DNA of 64,000 nucleotides from an uncultured Gemmatimonadales bacterium (GCA_963728915.1 CAVSLV010000004.1:32001-96000); one strand, 5' to 3'; shown: positions 9,479 through 19,957, counted from the first letter of the stretch. The notes: generated by a model from the sequence alone, not told the origin. Numbers and translations are program-made.

Positions 9479-9514
9479 GCGAAGAGGGCCGGCTTGCGCC
9501 GACCCCCCTTTCGC
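9479..9514. terminator. hairpin between convergent genes, likely terminator
   Basis: GCGAAGAGGGCCGGC...GCCGACCCCCCTTTCGC imperfect inverted repeat directly after the amidase stop. Confidence 0.55.
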
Positions 9515-9538
9515 GGCTCCGTTCTCGGCAGGACGGAG

Positions 9539-9838
9539 TTACTTGAGGTGCTTGTTGACGAGCTTGGTCATTTCGAACATGTTGACCGTCTTCTTCCCAC
9601 CGAACACCATCCGGAGGTTGTCATCCGCATTGATGTTCCGGCGGTTCTTCTTGTCCTGGAGGCCCTTCCGCTTGATGTAGGCCCACAGCTTCTTGGTGAC
9701 TTCTGTCCGGGGAATGGGCTTGCTCCCGACGACCTCGGCCAGCGCCGCGCTCGGTTTCATCGGCTTCATGAACGCCGCGCTCGGCTTCCGCTTGCTGGTC
9801 TTGCGAGCGGCCTTCCGGGCCTTCTTCTTCATCGCCAT
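9539..9838 (-). CDS. SWIB/MDM2 domain protein with Lys-rich N-terminus
   Basis: AAFMKP..PSAALAEVVG..PIPRTEVTKKLWAYIK...LQD..NRRNINAD..L..VFGG...MFEMTKLVNKHL; AGGAG SD upstream. Confidence 0.92.
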   Translation of the reverse strand: MAMKKKARKAARKTSKRKPSAAFMKPMKPSAALAEVVGSKPIPRTEVTKKLWAYIKRKGLQDKKNRRNINADDNLRMVFGGKKTVNMFEMTKLVNKHLK

Positions 9839-9900
9839 CGAGCGTCTCCTGTGGGGGTCTGACCTGACTGCCTGGGCGGAACGATGGACTTCCGGATTCG

Positions 9901-9928
9901 AAGTTAAGCATTCTCCCGGGAGAAACAA
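9901..9928 (-). promoter_or_regulatory. putative sigma70 promoter of the SWIB gene containing a 14-bp palindrome
   Basis: Minus strand TTGTTT-16 nt-TAACTT; perfect palindrome TTCTCCCGGGAGAA at 9911-9924. Confidence 0.45.
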
Positions 9929-10052
9929 TAGCCGGAAGGCGTTTTTCCCTCGGGAAAGTCCCCCGGGCCGGCCGGTTCAGGCCGCCGGGCGACCAGGATT
10001 TCCGAGACCGGGTTAATCCTCCCTCGGGAAGAACCCCCCGGGCAGGCCTCCC

Positions 10053-11009
10053 CTAAACCCGCCGGAGCCGGACCCGTTCCACCCGGTGGTGGGGTCCTTT
10101 TTCGAGGACGAGCAGGGCCCGCTCCCGGGTGGGGAGGATGTTTTCCCGGAGATTGACCTCGTTGATCCGGCTCCAGACCCGGGAGGCAAAAGCGGTGGCC
10201 TCCTCCTCGGACAGCTCCGAGTACCGGCGAAAGAAGGACTGGGGATCCCGGAAGGCGGTGCTTCGCAGGTGGAGGAACCGCTCGAGGAACCACTGCTGGA
10301 TGAGCCCCGGTTGGGCGTCCACATAGATGGAAAAGTCGAAGTAGTCGGAGACGAACAACCGGGCGTCGTCCCGCTGGAGGGCTGGCCCGCTCTGACCCGC
10401 CTGCCCTCCGCCATGGAGGACATTCAGCCCCTCGAGCATCAGGATGTCCGGCTGATGGATGACCTGGCTTTCCCCGGGGAGAATGTCGTAGCTGAGATGG
10501 GAGTAGACCGGGGTGGAGACCTCGGGCGCCCCGGCCTTGAGGTCCGCGAGAAACGTCACCAGGCGGCGCAGGTCGTAGCTCTCGGGAAAGCCCTTTCGCT
10601 CCATGAGCCCGCGCTCGGCGAGGACGGCGTTCGGGTAGAGAAAGCCGTCGGTGGTGACCAGATCCACTCTGGGATGGTCCGGCCACCGGGCCAGCAGCGC
10701 CTGGAGCACCCGGGCCGTGGTGCTCTTCCCGACCGCGACGCTCCCCGCGATCCCGATGATGTAGGGGCTCGCCCGGACCGTTTTCCCCAGGAACCGGTCG
10801 GTCACCCGCTCGAGCTCCAGGGTGGCGGCGACGTGCAGGTTCAGGAGGCGGGAGAGCGGGAGATACACCTCCACGACTTCGTCCATCGAGAGGGCTTCAT
10901 TGAGCCCGCGCAGCTCGGCGAGGTCGGTCTCCGAGAGGGTCAGCGGCGTGTTAGCGCGGAGCCGGGCCCACTCGGCCCGGGCGAAGTTCGTATAGGTGGA
11001 AAAACCCAT
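10053..11009 (-). CDS. coaA: type I pantothenate kinase
   Basis: [16 protein letters not shown]alker [39 protein letters not shown]. Confidence 0.96.
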   Translation of the reverse strand: MGFSTYTNFARAEWARLRANTPLTLSETDLAELRGLNEALSMDEVVEVYLPLSRLLNLHVAATLELERVTDRFLGKTVRASPYIIGIAGSVAVGKSTTARVLQALLARWPDHPRVDLVTTDGFLYPNAVLAERGLMERKGFPESYDLRRLVTFLADLKAGAPEVSTPVYSHLSYDILPGESQVIHQPDILMLEGLNVLHGGGQAGQSGPALQRDDARLFVSDYFDFSIYVDAQPGLIQQWFLERFLHLRSTAFRDPQSFFRRYSELSEEEATAFASRVWSRINEVNLRENILPTRERALLVLEKGPHHRVERVRLRRV

Positions 11010-11033
11010 GGCCGAAGATAGCCCGGACTCCGC

Positions 11034-12473
11034 TTACTCCCGGGTCGCCATGTGCTCCTTCGTGGCGAACACTTCGGGGCCGATCTCGAGGCTTGCACTT
11101 CCCTCCGCCCGGGCGCGAACCCTGATGTCCCGGGGCCCGACGACCAGGCCGCTCGGCTCGGCGGCCCCGATGGTCGCATGCAGCTCGACCCCCCGCGCCA
11201 GGCTCCGGTTCATCTCCCGTATCGCGATGGTCTCGAGCTGCTTGAGGAGGTAGCCCGCGGAAATGTGGGCCTGCTGCCGGAGAAAATCCCTGATCTCGTC
11301 CTCCTTGATCCAGGCGAATCCCTGTACCAGGAGACCGGCGCTGCTGGCATCAAAATCGAGATCGGGGACCGAGATCATCCCGGTGCCGGGATCGTACCGG
11401 GGAGTGCCCACGAACCAGACCGTTCCTCGATCGGTTCCATCGAATTGCACTCCCAGGGCGATCCGCCCACCGGCGATCCCATACACCGTCGCGGCCTTGA
11501 GCCGGAACTTCCCTCCCGAAAGCCGGAGCGACTTGCCCTTCAGGTTGCTGGTGAGCTCCATGCCGATCACGTCGTAGGTCAGGCGACCTTCCACCGGGAG
11601 GGAAAATCCCCGTTGCATCTGGCCTCTCTCGAACGTGGGCAGGGGAAGGACCGGCTGTTCCGGCCTCGGTCCTGCCACGATCCGGGGAGCGGCGCGTACG
11701 CCGAGCTCGGCATGAACGGCCTGCGTCGAGCCGTGAATCGGTCCCAGCTGCACCGAATCGGGTTGGAGCAGGAGCCAGAGGCTGTCGGCGAGGTGAATCG
11801 GCTTCTGAAGATCGGCCCAGATTTCCTGGAGCGGGGTTTTCACGTCGACCGAGGAGGCCCACTTCTGAATCTCCGGCTCGAGGTCGTCGAGGGCATCCTT
11901 CGCCTGGTCCATGACCTTGCCGGTCACGTTGAGCCCGAGGAAGGTGACCTGACAGCGATCCTGGCTGCTGTCGCTCAGGGCGGTGAGGGCAGCCACTCTG
12001 CTCCGGACTCCGAGCCGCCAGTCGGGGGTGAGATAGGGTACGACGTGAAGCACCACCCGCGCCCTGGGCGCCGCGCCGTCCATCCCGCAGGATCCCCCGA
12101 TATCCCCGAGACCGGAATCCAACCAGGCTTTCCCGCGGTAGCGGACCACCGCAGACAGGATCACGGTGTCTCCCGAGAATCCCAGCAGCTCGAAGGGTCC
12201 CCGCCGCACCTCGAAGGAGAGGGACGCCTTCCGGTTGTGCCCGAGGTCGACAGGCCTGGTCTCCGACAAATTCCCGATCCTGGTGGGGATCACCCGGTTC
12301 AGGGCGGCCATCGCACTGGGGATGTGGATCGACAGCGGAGCGACGATCATCCCGCGGGTCGCCGCCACGGTATCGGTCGCCGCCTCCCCCAGGTCCCTGG
12401 GTGGGGCCGGCGCCTCGAATCTCCTGCCGGAGGCGCAGCCGGCCAGCGCGATCAAGGGAAGCCACGCTCTCAT
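11034..12473 (-). CDS. DUF4403-like lipoprotein
   Basis: Lipobox LAGC; beta-rich ~480 aa with GGSCG, WLLLQP and FVGTPRYD segments recalled as typical of DUF4403. Confidence 0.65.
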   Translation of the reverse strand: MRAWLPLIALAGCASGRRFEAPAPPRDLGEAATDTVAATRGMIVAPLSIHIPSAMAALNRVIPTRIGNLSETRPVDLGHNRKASLSFEVRRGPFELLGFSGDTVILSAVVRYRGKAWLDSGLGDIGGSCGMDGAAPRARVVLHVVPYLTPDWRLGVRSRVAALTALSDSSQDRCQVTFLGLNVTGKVMDQAKDALDDLEPEIQKWASSVDVKTPLQEIWADLQKPIHLADSLWLLLQPDSVQLGPIHGSTQAVHAELGVRAAPRIVAGPRPEQPVLPLPTFERGQMQRGFSLPVEGRLTYDVIGMELTSNLKGKSLRLSGGKFRLKAATVYGIAGGRIALGVQFDGTDRGTVWFVGTPRYDPGTGMISVPDLDFDASSAGLLVQGFAWIKEDEIRDFLRQQAHISAGYLLKQLETIAIREMNRSLARGVELHATIGAAEPSGLVVGPRDIRVRARAEGSASLEIGPEVFATKEHMATRE

Positions 12474-12517
12474 GCGAATCGGTGTACCTTATGGTCCATC
12501 CCGGATTCTACGCCCAA

Positions 12518-14281
12518 ATGACTCTCTCGACGATCCCTCTCCGAAGCCCGGTTGTGGCATCGCTGGTCCTGCTGGCTTTGCCGGGCCCGCTCGCTCCAGC
12601 CTCCAGCGACTCTCCGGCCCGGCAGGCGGGGCAGGTCGAACCGGCCGATCTGATTTTCCGGAACGGCCGCATCTACACCGGCAATGACCGGGCGCCTCGC
12701 GCCGACGCGGTCGCGGTGACAGGCAATCGAATCGTGTTCGTGGGAAACACCTCCGGCGCGAACAAATTGACCGGCCCCAACACGCGGGTGATCGACCTCA
12801 AGGGGGCGTTTCTGTACCCCGGCTTCACCGACGCGCACATGCATCTCTCCGGTGTGGGCGCCCGGGAGATGACGCTGAACCTGGAAGGCACCAACACGCT
12901 GGAAGAGTTTCTTGCCCGGGTCAAAGCGCGGGTCGACCAGGCGCGCCCGGGACAGTGGGTGACCGGGCGGGGCTGGATCGAAACTTTCTGGAAACCGCCG
13001 GTTTTTCCGACTCGCCAGGACCTCGACCGCATCGCGCCGAATAACCCGGTCTACCTGACCCGGGCCGACGGGCACGCGTCGGTGGCCAACAGCGCCGCGC
13101 TCAAGCTCGCCGGCATTACCCGAAGCACGCAGCCACCCGACGGCGGGGCAATCAACAAGGACGCCGATGGGGAGCCGACCGGGATGCTGATCGATCGGGC
13201 CCAGGCGCTGGTGGGCCGTCTGGTGCCCCCTCCGACCGAGGAGGACAAGGACCAGGAGTACATCAAGGGGGTCGAACGGGAGCTGTCGCTGGGCTGGACC
13301 CAGGTCCAGGACGCTCACGGGACCTGGGGTGAAGTGGATCGGATGCGCCGGCTGTATCGAGACGGAAAGCTCAAGATCCGGATCTACAAGACCATTACCG
13401 GACCGAGTCCCGACGCCAACCGGCTGATCGAGCAGGGCCCGTCGCTGGGGGAATTCGACGGGCTGCTCACGGTGCGCGCCATCAAGGTGGTGATGGATGG
13501 CGCGCTGGGAAGCCGGGGCGCGGCGCTGCTCGCTCCCTATAGCGACGACCCGAAGAACACCGGGCTCATCACGACCGATACGGTCGCGCTCAAGCCGATG
13601 CTTGCCGCCGCGCTCCGCAACGGGATCCAGGTCTGGACCCATTCGATCGGCGATCGGGGCAACCGGCTCACCCTCAATTTCTACGAAGGGGCGATGAAGG
13701 AAGTCCCCGCGGACCAGCGGAAAATCGCGGAGCCGCGCTGGCGCGACGAGCACAGCCAGATCGTCAATCCCAGCGACATCCCTCGCTTCAAGCAGCTCGG
13801 CGTCATCGCGTCGATGCAGCCCTCCCATGCGATCAGCGATCTCTACTTTGCGCCGGCCCGGCTCGGGCTCGAGCGCCTCAAGGGCGCCTACGCGTGGCAG
13901 AGCTTCATCAAGCAGGGAACCCCGGTTCCCGGCGGCAGCGATGCGCCGGTCGAGCGGGGCGAACCGATGATCGAGTTCTACGCCGCCGTGGCGCGCAAGG
14001 ACCTCCAGGGGCGCTCGGGGGAGGGCTGGCATCCCGAGGAGAAGATGACTCGGGCCCAGGCGCTCAAGGCTTTCACCATCTGGCCGGCGTTCGCGGCCTT
14101 CGAGGAGGACAAGCGCGGGTCCATCGAGGTCGGAAAGCTCGCCGATTTCACCATCCTCGATCAGGACATCATGCAGGTGCCCGAGCTCGACATCCTCAAG
14201 ACCAAGAACCTGCTGACGGTGGTGAACGGGGTGGTCGCGTGGGCCAGTGCAACGTTCCCCGGGGCCGCTGTGTCTAGATAG
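12518..14281 (+). CDS. amidohydrolase 3 family (YtcJ-like), exported
   Basis: PGFTDAHMH, DGALGSRGA, HSIGDRG, RDEHSQ, GGSDAPV, GSIEVGKLADF; signal peptide. Confidence 0.92.
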   Translation: MTLSTIPLRSPVVASLVLLALPGPLAPASSDSPARQAGQVEPADLIFRNGRIYTGNDRAPRADAVAVTGNRIVFVGNTSGANKLTGPNTRVIDLKGAFLYPGFTDAHMHLSGVGAREMTLNLEGTNTLEEFLARVKARVDQARPGQWVTGRGWIETFWKPPVFPTRQDLDRIAPNNPVYLTRADGHASVANSAALKLAGITRSTQPPDGGAINKDADGEPTGMLIDRAQALVGRLVPPPTEEDKDQEYIKGVERELSLGWTQVQDAHGTWGEVDRMRRLYRDGKLKIRIYKTITGPSPDANRLIEQGPSLGEFDGLLTVRAIKVVMDGALGSRGAALLAPYSDDPKNTGLITTDTVALKPMLAAALRNGIQVWTHSIGDRGNRLTLNFYEGAMKEVPADQRKIAEPRWRDEHSQIVNPSDIPRFKQLGVIASMQPSHAISDLYFAPARLGLERLKGAYAWQSFIKQGTPVPGGSDAPVERGEPMIEFYAAVARKDLQGRSGEGWHPEEKMTRAQALKAFTIWPAFAAFEEDKRGSIEVGKLADFTILDQDIMQVPELDILKTKNLLTVVNGVVAWASATFPGAAVSR

Positions 14282-14305
14282 CGTCCCGTTTCCGAGGTCC
14301 CCGGC

Positions 14306-15130
14306 ATGCGGTACTCCCGAGTTTCCTTCCTGGTTCCTGCCCTGCTTCTCTTCGGGGGAACGACCCCGTTGCTCGCACAGCGCCGTCATCCGGTGCGCGA
14401 CTGGACCCTCTCCTGCTCCGATTATCGGGGCGATCGCGATAATGGCGAACGCGCCTGCAACATGGTGGAGAAGACCATCGCCCTCCCCTCCGGGGTGCTC
14501 CAGGTGGATTCCCGGGTCAATGGCGGGATCACGGTCCTGGGCGAGAACCGCCGGGATATCCTGATTCGGGCTCGAATCGAATCCCACGCACGAAGCCAGT
14601 CGCGAGCCGACAACCTGATCGGGGACGTGGAAATCCGCACCTCCAACGGGCGGATCACCGCGGACGGTCCCGACACCGGGCGGAACGAATGGTGGTCGGT
14701 GAGCTTCGAGGTGCACGTTCCCGCCAATGCGGACCTCGACCTCACCGCGCACAACGGCGGGATCGGGGTCGCCGGGGTGTCCGGAGAGCTCCGCATGGGA
14801 ACCACGAACGGCGGGATTCATCTCGACGCCGTCAACGGCGATGTGGTGGCTGCGACGACGAACGGCGGCGTCGTGGTGAACCTCGACGGCAACGGCTGGC
14901 AGGGGCACGGACTCGACGTCACCACCACGAATGGCGGGGTGACCCTCACGGTCCCGAGCGACTACTCAGCCCATCTGGAGACCGGTACAACCAACGGCGG
15001 CATGGACATCGACTTCCCCGTCACCGTGCAGGGCCGGATCGGAAGGCAAATCACCACCGATCTCGGCCGGGGCGGTCCCACCATCCGGCTGATCACCACG
15101 AACGGCGGAGTGACCGTCAGGCGGCAATAG
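14306..15130 (+). CDS. DUF4097-like beta-strand repeat protein
   Basis: Signal peptide; repeated (T/S)TNGG(V/I) units. Confidence 0.85.
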   Translation: MRYSRVSFLVPALLLFGGTTPLLAQRRHPVRDWTLSCSDYRGDRDNGERACNMVEKTIALPSGVLQVDSRVNGGITVLGENRRDILIRARIESHARSQSRADNLIGDVEIRTSNGRITADGPDTGRNEWWSVSFEVHVPANADLDLTAHNGGIGVAGVSGELRMGTTNGGIHLDAVNGDVVAATTNGGVVVNLDGNGWQGHGLDVTTTNGGVTLTVPSDYSAHLETGTTNGGMDIDFPVTVQGRIGRQITTDLGRGGPTIRLITTNGGVTVRRQ

Positions 15131-15164
15131 ACAGGCGCTCGTCCGCCTGTCCGCCCGTCCGCCT
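15130..15164. repeat. 8-bp tandem repeat with partial inverted copy at a convergent junction
   Basis: GTCCGCCT GTCCGCCC GTCCGCCT (15141-15164) preceded by the complementary GACAGGCG. Confidence 0.6.
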
Positions 15165-15165
15165 G

Positions 15166-18100
15166 CTATGGTTTCCAGATCGGCAGCCGGCCCGGGGTCC
15201 ACGGGACCCCGGCCAGCTCCGCGTCGTTCTCGAGCTGGCGCAGATCGCCGAGCGCCGCCTCGAGCCTGGGCAGGAACTGGGCGAGCTGCCCGGAGGCGAT
15301 GTCGTAGTTCCGCCGGTGGGTCGCGGTCGGAGCCTGCATGGTGGACCAGGTATTTCCCACTACCCGCTGCACCCGGTCGAGCAGGGTCGGCGGGGTCGGC
15401 TCCTGGTGGGACTCGATCACCGGATCACCGCTCAATTCCACCCGTAGACCACGGAGCGTCTCGACGAGGGCGCGGCCTCGATCGGTGAGCGTCCTGGGCG
15501 CGCCGGCGGTGTTGTCGATCGCGCGCCGGAGCAGCGCGAGCCGGCTCTCTGCTTCTCCCAGACTGGCGTTGGTCCCCAGCGCGGCCCGCTGCAACCGGGC
15601 GGTCTGACGGTGGAACTCCGCCACGGCCGCGCGGTCTGCCGGGGAGAGCGGCGGCTGGCCGAGCGGCACCACGGTGAACTTCTGGGTGCCGACCGCTTCT
15701 TCCCGTCCTCCCTGGCGGATCGTCAGGGAAACCGAATAGCCACCCGGCGGGACCATCGGACCCCGGGGACCGAAGCCTCCACCTTCCTCTTCGTCGTCGC
15801 CACCCCGGGCCGGGGCCGCGCTGGTGACCGGGTTAGGCGGCGGGTAGCGAAAATCCCAGGAGATCCGATGGAATCCCGCGCCGGTCGGCCCGGTCAGCCG
15901 TCGAATGAGGTTCCCCTGCTCGTCGCTCACCGTGAGGATGACCGCGGGGGCCTCCTCGCGCTCCTCGGCGCGCAGGGTGTCCCAGGGGGGCACCGGGACA
16001 TCCTGACCCTTCCCCGCGATGGTTTTTTCCGCGGCCTGTCGGCGCGCTCGTGAGGAACGCAGCGCATTCCGCAGGAACCAGGTGAAGGTGGCGCCGTATT
16101 CAGGGTTCTTCGCGGTGTAGAGGGCGTCGCCCTGGGCTCCCCGCGGCCCGCCACCCAGCGGGCTCGCGGGGACGTAGATCTCGGCGGGTGGAACCGGGAG
16201 GAGCGCCACGCGCTGCTCGACGGTTCGGGCGGCCTCACGGAGCGGGGAATAGTCATCCACGATCCAGAAGCCCCGGCCGAATGTGGCCAGCACCAGGTCG
16301 TTGTTCTTCCGGTGAATGGTGATCTCCCGCACCGGGATGGTCGGGAGGCCGTCGAGCTTGATCCACTTCTTCCCGCCATCCACCGTGAAGAACGCGCCGA
16401 ACTCGGTCCCCACGAAAAGGAGATCGGGGTTCATGTGGTCCTCGGCGATCGTCCAGACCGAGCCCCGGTCGGGAAGGTTCCCCACGATGGAGGTCCAGCT
16501 CTTCCCCCCATCGGTGCTCTTCAGGAGATACGGTTTGAAGTCACCCGCCTTCATGTTGTTGAATCCGGCGTAGACCGTATTCACCGCGTGGCGCGATGCG
16601 GCGACGGTGGACACGAACGTCATCTCGGGGACGCCGGGGAAGGTCTCGATCTTTCGCCAGGTGGTCCCGCCATTCTCCGAGACGTGCATCAAGCCGTCAT
16701 CGGTTCCCACATACAGGAATCCTTCCTTGACCGGCGATTCCGCGATCGAGACGATCTCGCCGAAGAACGAGGTGGAGCTGTTCTTGGCGATCGCGTCCAT
16801 GCTCCACACCCGTCCCATCATCTGGAGCGTGTTGCGATCGACCTGCCGGCTCAGGTCGGGACTCACCGCCCGCCAGCTGTCCCCCCGGTCGTCCGAGCGG
16901 TACAGTCGCTGGGCCCCGAAGTAGAGTCGGGTGTGGGAATGAGAGCTGATCATCAGGGGCGAGTCCCAGTTCCATCGCAACGCCGGCTCGCCCGGCTCGG
17001 GCTGGGGCTGGATCCCGATCCGGTCTCCGGTGCGCCGGTCGAACCGAACCATCTCGCCGTGCTGCGATTCGGCGTAGAGGATGTTCGAGTCCTCGGGGTC
17101 GATCCGGGAAGTGAAGCCGTCCCCGCCGGTGGTGATGAACCAGTCGGCGTTGGCGATGCCGTGGGAGTTCACCGTGCCCGATGGACCGCAGACCGAGTTG
17201 TTGTCCTGGGTGCCGCCGCAGACGAGATAGAAGGGACTCTCGGACTGGGCCACATCCACTCGGTAGAACTGCACCAGGGGGAGGTTCGCGACGTAGCTCC
17301 AGGTGCTGCCCCGGTCGAAGGACTGATACAGGCCGCCGTCGTTCCCGTTGATCAGGTGGTCGGTGTCGTCCGGGTCGATCCACAGGGCGTGATTGTCCAC
17401 GTGGGTCGAGCGACCCTGGATCGAGTGAAAGGTGCGCCCGCCATCCTCGGTCACCATGAGCCGGACGTCCATCGAGTACACCCGATCGGGGTCCTTGGGA
17501 TCGGGATACAGCTTGTGGTAGTAGAACGGCGGCCCGGCGGTGGTCGGGCTCATCTTCTCCCAGTTCTGTCCCCCATCCACCGAGCGAAAGAACCCTCCGG
17601 CCCGATTGGCCGCTTCGACGATGGCGTACACGATGTTCCCGTTGCTGGGAGCCACGGCGAGCCCGATCTTGCCCAGCTCCTCGCTGGGGATTCCCCGGGT
17701 GAGCTTGGTCCAGGTCGCGCCGGCATCGGTGGACTTCCAGATCGCCGAGCCGGGCCCGCCGTCGATGAACCCCCACTGCCTTCGGGCTCGCTGGTAGGTC
17801 GTCGCGAAGAGGACGTCGGGGTTCCGGGGATCGAACGCGAGATCGTAGGCGCCGGTCCATTCATCGCCCTTGAGCGACTGGGTCCAGGTTTTCCCTCCGT
17901 CGCCGGTCCTGTAGACGCCCCGGTCGCCGCCGCCCGACCAGAGCGGCCCCATCGCCGATACATAGACCACTGAAGTATTCCGGGGATCGATCAGAATCCG
18001 GCCGATGTGGGCCGAATTCTTGAGGCCGACGTTGTTCCAGGTCTTGCCGCCGTCGGTGGACTTGTACACCCCGTCGCCGTAGCCCACGCTGCGCTGGCTG

Positions 18101-18516
18101 TTGTTCTCCCCGGTCCCGACCCAGATCACCAGCGGGTCCCTGGGATCCACCGCCACCGTCCCGATCGAATAGGAGCCCTGGGCATCGAACACCGGGGTCC
18201 AGGTGGTCCCGGCATTGACGGTCTTCCATAACCCGCCTGAGTGGACCGCGACGTACCAGGTGTTCGGGTCCGACCGGGGGACCGCAACCTCCCCGATCCG
18301 CCCCGACGGAGCCGCCGGTCCGATGTTGCGGGGCCGGAAGGCGGTGAAGAGGCCGGGCCGGAGCCGGTCGGTGGTATCGGCCTTGTTCTGGGAGTCGCCC
18401 GGGAACGCGACCACCGGGCGAGGGAACGGCTGGGGGCGAGGAGGAGTGACCTGCGCGGTGATGCCGGATGGGACCAGCGCGGCGAGGCACGAGACCAAGG
18501 TGTTCCGGAACGACAT
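15166..18516 (-). CDS. VPS10/BNR(Asp-box)-repeat beta-propeller protein (putative glycosyl hydrolase)
   Basis: Many S-x-D-x-G-x-T-W Asp boxes, RNIGPA..SGRI, GGTQDN, LATFGRG; signal peptide from ATG 18516. Confidence 0.88.
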   Translation of the reverse strand: MSFRNTLVSCLAALVPSGITAQVTPPRPQPFPRPVVAFPGDSQNKADTTDRLRPGLFTAFRPRNIGPAAPSGRIGEVAVPRSDPNTWYVAVHSGGLWKTVNAGTTWTPVFDAQGSYSIGTVAVDPRDPLVIWVGTGENNSQRSVGYGDGVYKSTDGGKTWNNVGLKNSAHIGRILIDPRNTSVVYVSAMGPLWSGGGDRGVYRTGDGGKTWTQSLKGDEWTGAYDLAFDPRNPDVLFATTYQRARRQWGFIDGGPGSAIWKSTDAGATWTKLTRGIPSEELGKIGLAVAPSNGNIVYAIVEAANRAGGFFRSVDGGQNWEKMSPTTAGPPFYYHKLYPDPKDPDRVYSMDVRLMVTEDGGRTFHSIQGRSTHVDNHALWIDPDDTDHLINGNDGGLYQSFDRGSTWSYVANLPLVQFYRVDVAQSESPFYLVCGGTQDNNSVCGPSGTVNSHGIANADWFITTGGDGFTSRIDPEDSNILYAESQHGEMVRFDRRTGDRIGIQPQPEPGEPALRWNWDSPLMISSHSHTRLYFGAQRLYRSDDRGDSWRAVSPDLSRQVDRNTLQMMGRVWSMDAIAKNSSTSFFGEIVSIAESPVKEGFLYVGTDDGLMHVSENGGTTWRKIETFPGVPEMTFVSTVAASRHAVNTVYAGFNNMKAGDFKPYLLKSTDGGKSWTSIVGNLPDRGSVWTIAEDHMNPDLLFVGTEFGAFFTVDGGKKWIKLDGLPTIPVREITIHRKNNDLVLATFGRGFWIVDDYSPLREAARTVEQRVALLPVPPAEIYVPASPLGGGPRGAQGDALYTAKNPEYGATFTWFLRNALRSSRARRQAAEKTIAGKGQDVPVPPWDTLRAEEREEAPAVILTVSDEQGNLIRRLTGPTGAGFHRISWDFRYPPPNPVTSAAPARGGDDEEEGGGFGPRGPMVPPGGYSVSLTIRQGGREEAVGTQKFTVVPLGQPPLSPADRAAVAEFHRQTARLQRAALGTNASLGEAESRLALLRRAIDNTAGAPRTLTDRGRALVETLRGLRVELSGDPVIESHQEPTPPTLLDRVQRVVGNTWSTMQAPTATHRRNYDIASGQLAQFLPRLEAALGDLRQLENDAELAGVPWTPGRLPIWKP

Positions 18517-18623
18517 GAGCACGTCCTGGTGGGTTGAGAATGACCGGAGCAGCATTCCTACGATAGCGCGATCCGCGGGGCTTCGCTATCGCAATCCGGG
18601 CTCGACGCGTACGTTTGCGGGTC

Positions 18624-19952
18624 ATGCCCCTCCGTCGCGAGCTGGGACTCCTCGACGCCACGATGATCAACGTCGGCACGATCATCGGGTCTTCGATTTT
18701 CATCGTCCCCGCGGCGATCGCCGCCGCCTTCACGGCTTCGGCGCCCACCGTCCTGGTCTGGATCGCCGGCGCGCTGGTCTCCCTCTGCGGCGCGCTCTGC
18801 GTCGCGGAGCTCGGCGCCGCGATGCCGGAAGCCGGGGGCCAGTATGCCTACCTGGAACGGGCCTATGGACCGGTCTGGGGATATCTCTATGGATGGGGCG
18901 CGGCGGTCATCATCAATCCCGCTTCCATCGCGGCGGTCGGCGTGGGGTTCGCCACCTACCTGGGGTTCTTCGTTCCGCTCGGGGGCGGGGGGATCAAGCT
19001 GGTGGCCGCCGGGTCCATCCTGCTCCTGACCTTCCTCAACTACTTCGGGCTCCGCACCGGCGCGTTCACCCAGAACCTGCTCACCCTGGTCAAGATCGCC
19101 GCGGTGATCGGGCTGATTCTCGCCTGCTTTCTGCTGCCGGGGGGCCGGGCCGGCAACTTTCAGCCCCTCTGGCCCTCCGAAGGTCTGGGCTCCCTGGTCG
19201 CTCCGTTCGGGGTCGCGATGCTCGGCGTGCTCTTCGCCTTCGATGGGTGGATCGAAGTCACCTATGTGGGCAGCGAAGTGAAGGACCCCGGCCGCCTCAT
19301 GCCGCGCTCGATCATTTACTCCACCGTCCTCGTGGCGGTGCTGTACATCGGCGTTTCGCTGGCGGTGCTGTACGTGCTGGGGCAGTCGGCGACGGCCCAG
19401 TCGTCTCTGGTGGCCGCCGACGCGATGCGGGTCGTGCTGGGCGCGGCGGGCGCCGGACTGATCACGGTGGCCGTGCTGGTTTCGACGGCCGGCTCGAACA
19501 ACGGGATGATCTTCACCGCCGCGCGGATTCCCTACGCCATGGCGGCGGAGGGCCGGTTCTTTCCCTGGGCCGCGCGGGTCCATCCCCGCTACCAGGCGCC
19601 CAATGTGGTCCTGGTGGTGCAGGGGATCTGGTGCGCGATCCTGGCGCTCTCGGGGACCTACATCCAGCTCGCGGGTTATGTCGTGTTCGTCTCGTTTCTC
19701 TTCTACGCCCTCTCCTGCGGGGCCGTCCTGCTGCTGCGCCGGCGGGAACCCGCGATGGACCGGCCCTACCGGGCCTGGGGCTATCCGGTGACCCCGGTGG
19801 TGTTCATCGGGTTCTCCCTCTATCTCATCGTCAACACCATCATCGCCCAGCCCCTCGATTCGGCCATCGGACTCGGACTGCTCCTGATCGGCCTCCCGGT
19901 GTACTGGTACTGTCGCGCCCGGTATCCGCAACCATCCCGCGCCACCGGATAA
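18624..19952 (+). CDS. APC-family amino acid permease
   Basis: NVGTIIGSSIF, AELGAAMPEAGGQY, FAFDGW, EVKDP, RPYRAWGYP; about 12 hydrophobic segments. Confidence 0.92.
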   Translation: MPLRRELGLLDATMINVGTIIGSSIFIVPAAIAAAFTASAPTVLVWIAGALVSLCGALCVAELGAAMPEAGGQYAYLERAYGPVWGYLYGWGAAVIINPASIAAVGVGFATYLGFFVPLGGGGIKLVAAGSILLLTFLNYFGLRTGAFTQNLLTLVKIAAVIGLILACFLLPGGRAGNFQPLWPSEGLGSLVAPFGVAMLGVLFAFDGWIEVTYVGSEVKDPGRLMPRSIIYSTVLVAVLYIGVSLAVLYVLGQSATAQSSLVAADAMRVVLGAAGAGLITVAVLVSTAGSNNGMIFTAARIPYAMAAEGRFFPWAARVHPRYQAPNVVLVVQGIWCAILALSGTYIQLAGYVVFVSFLFYALSCGAVLLLRRREPAMDRPYRAWGYPVTPVVFIGFSLYLIVNTIIAQPLDSAIGLGLLLIGLPVYWYCRARYPQPSRATG

Positions 19953-19957
19953 ACCCC

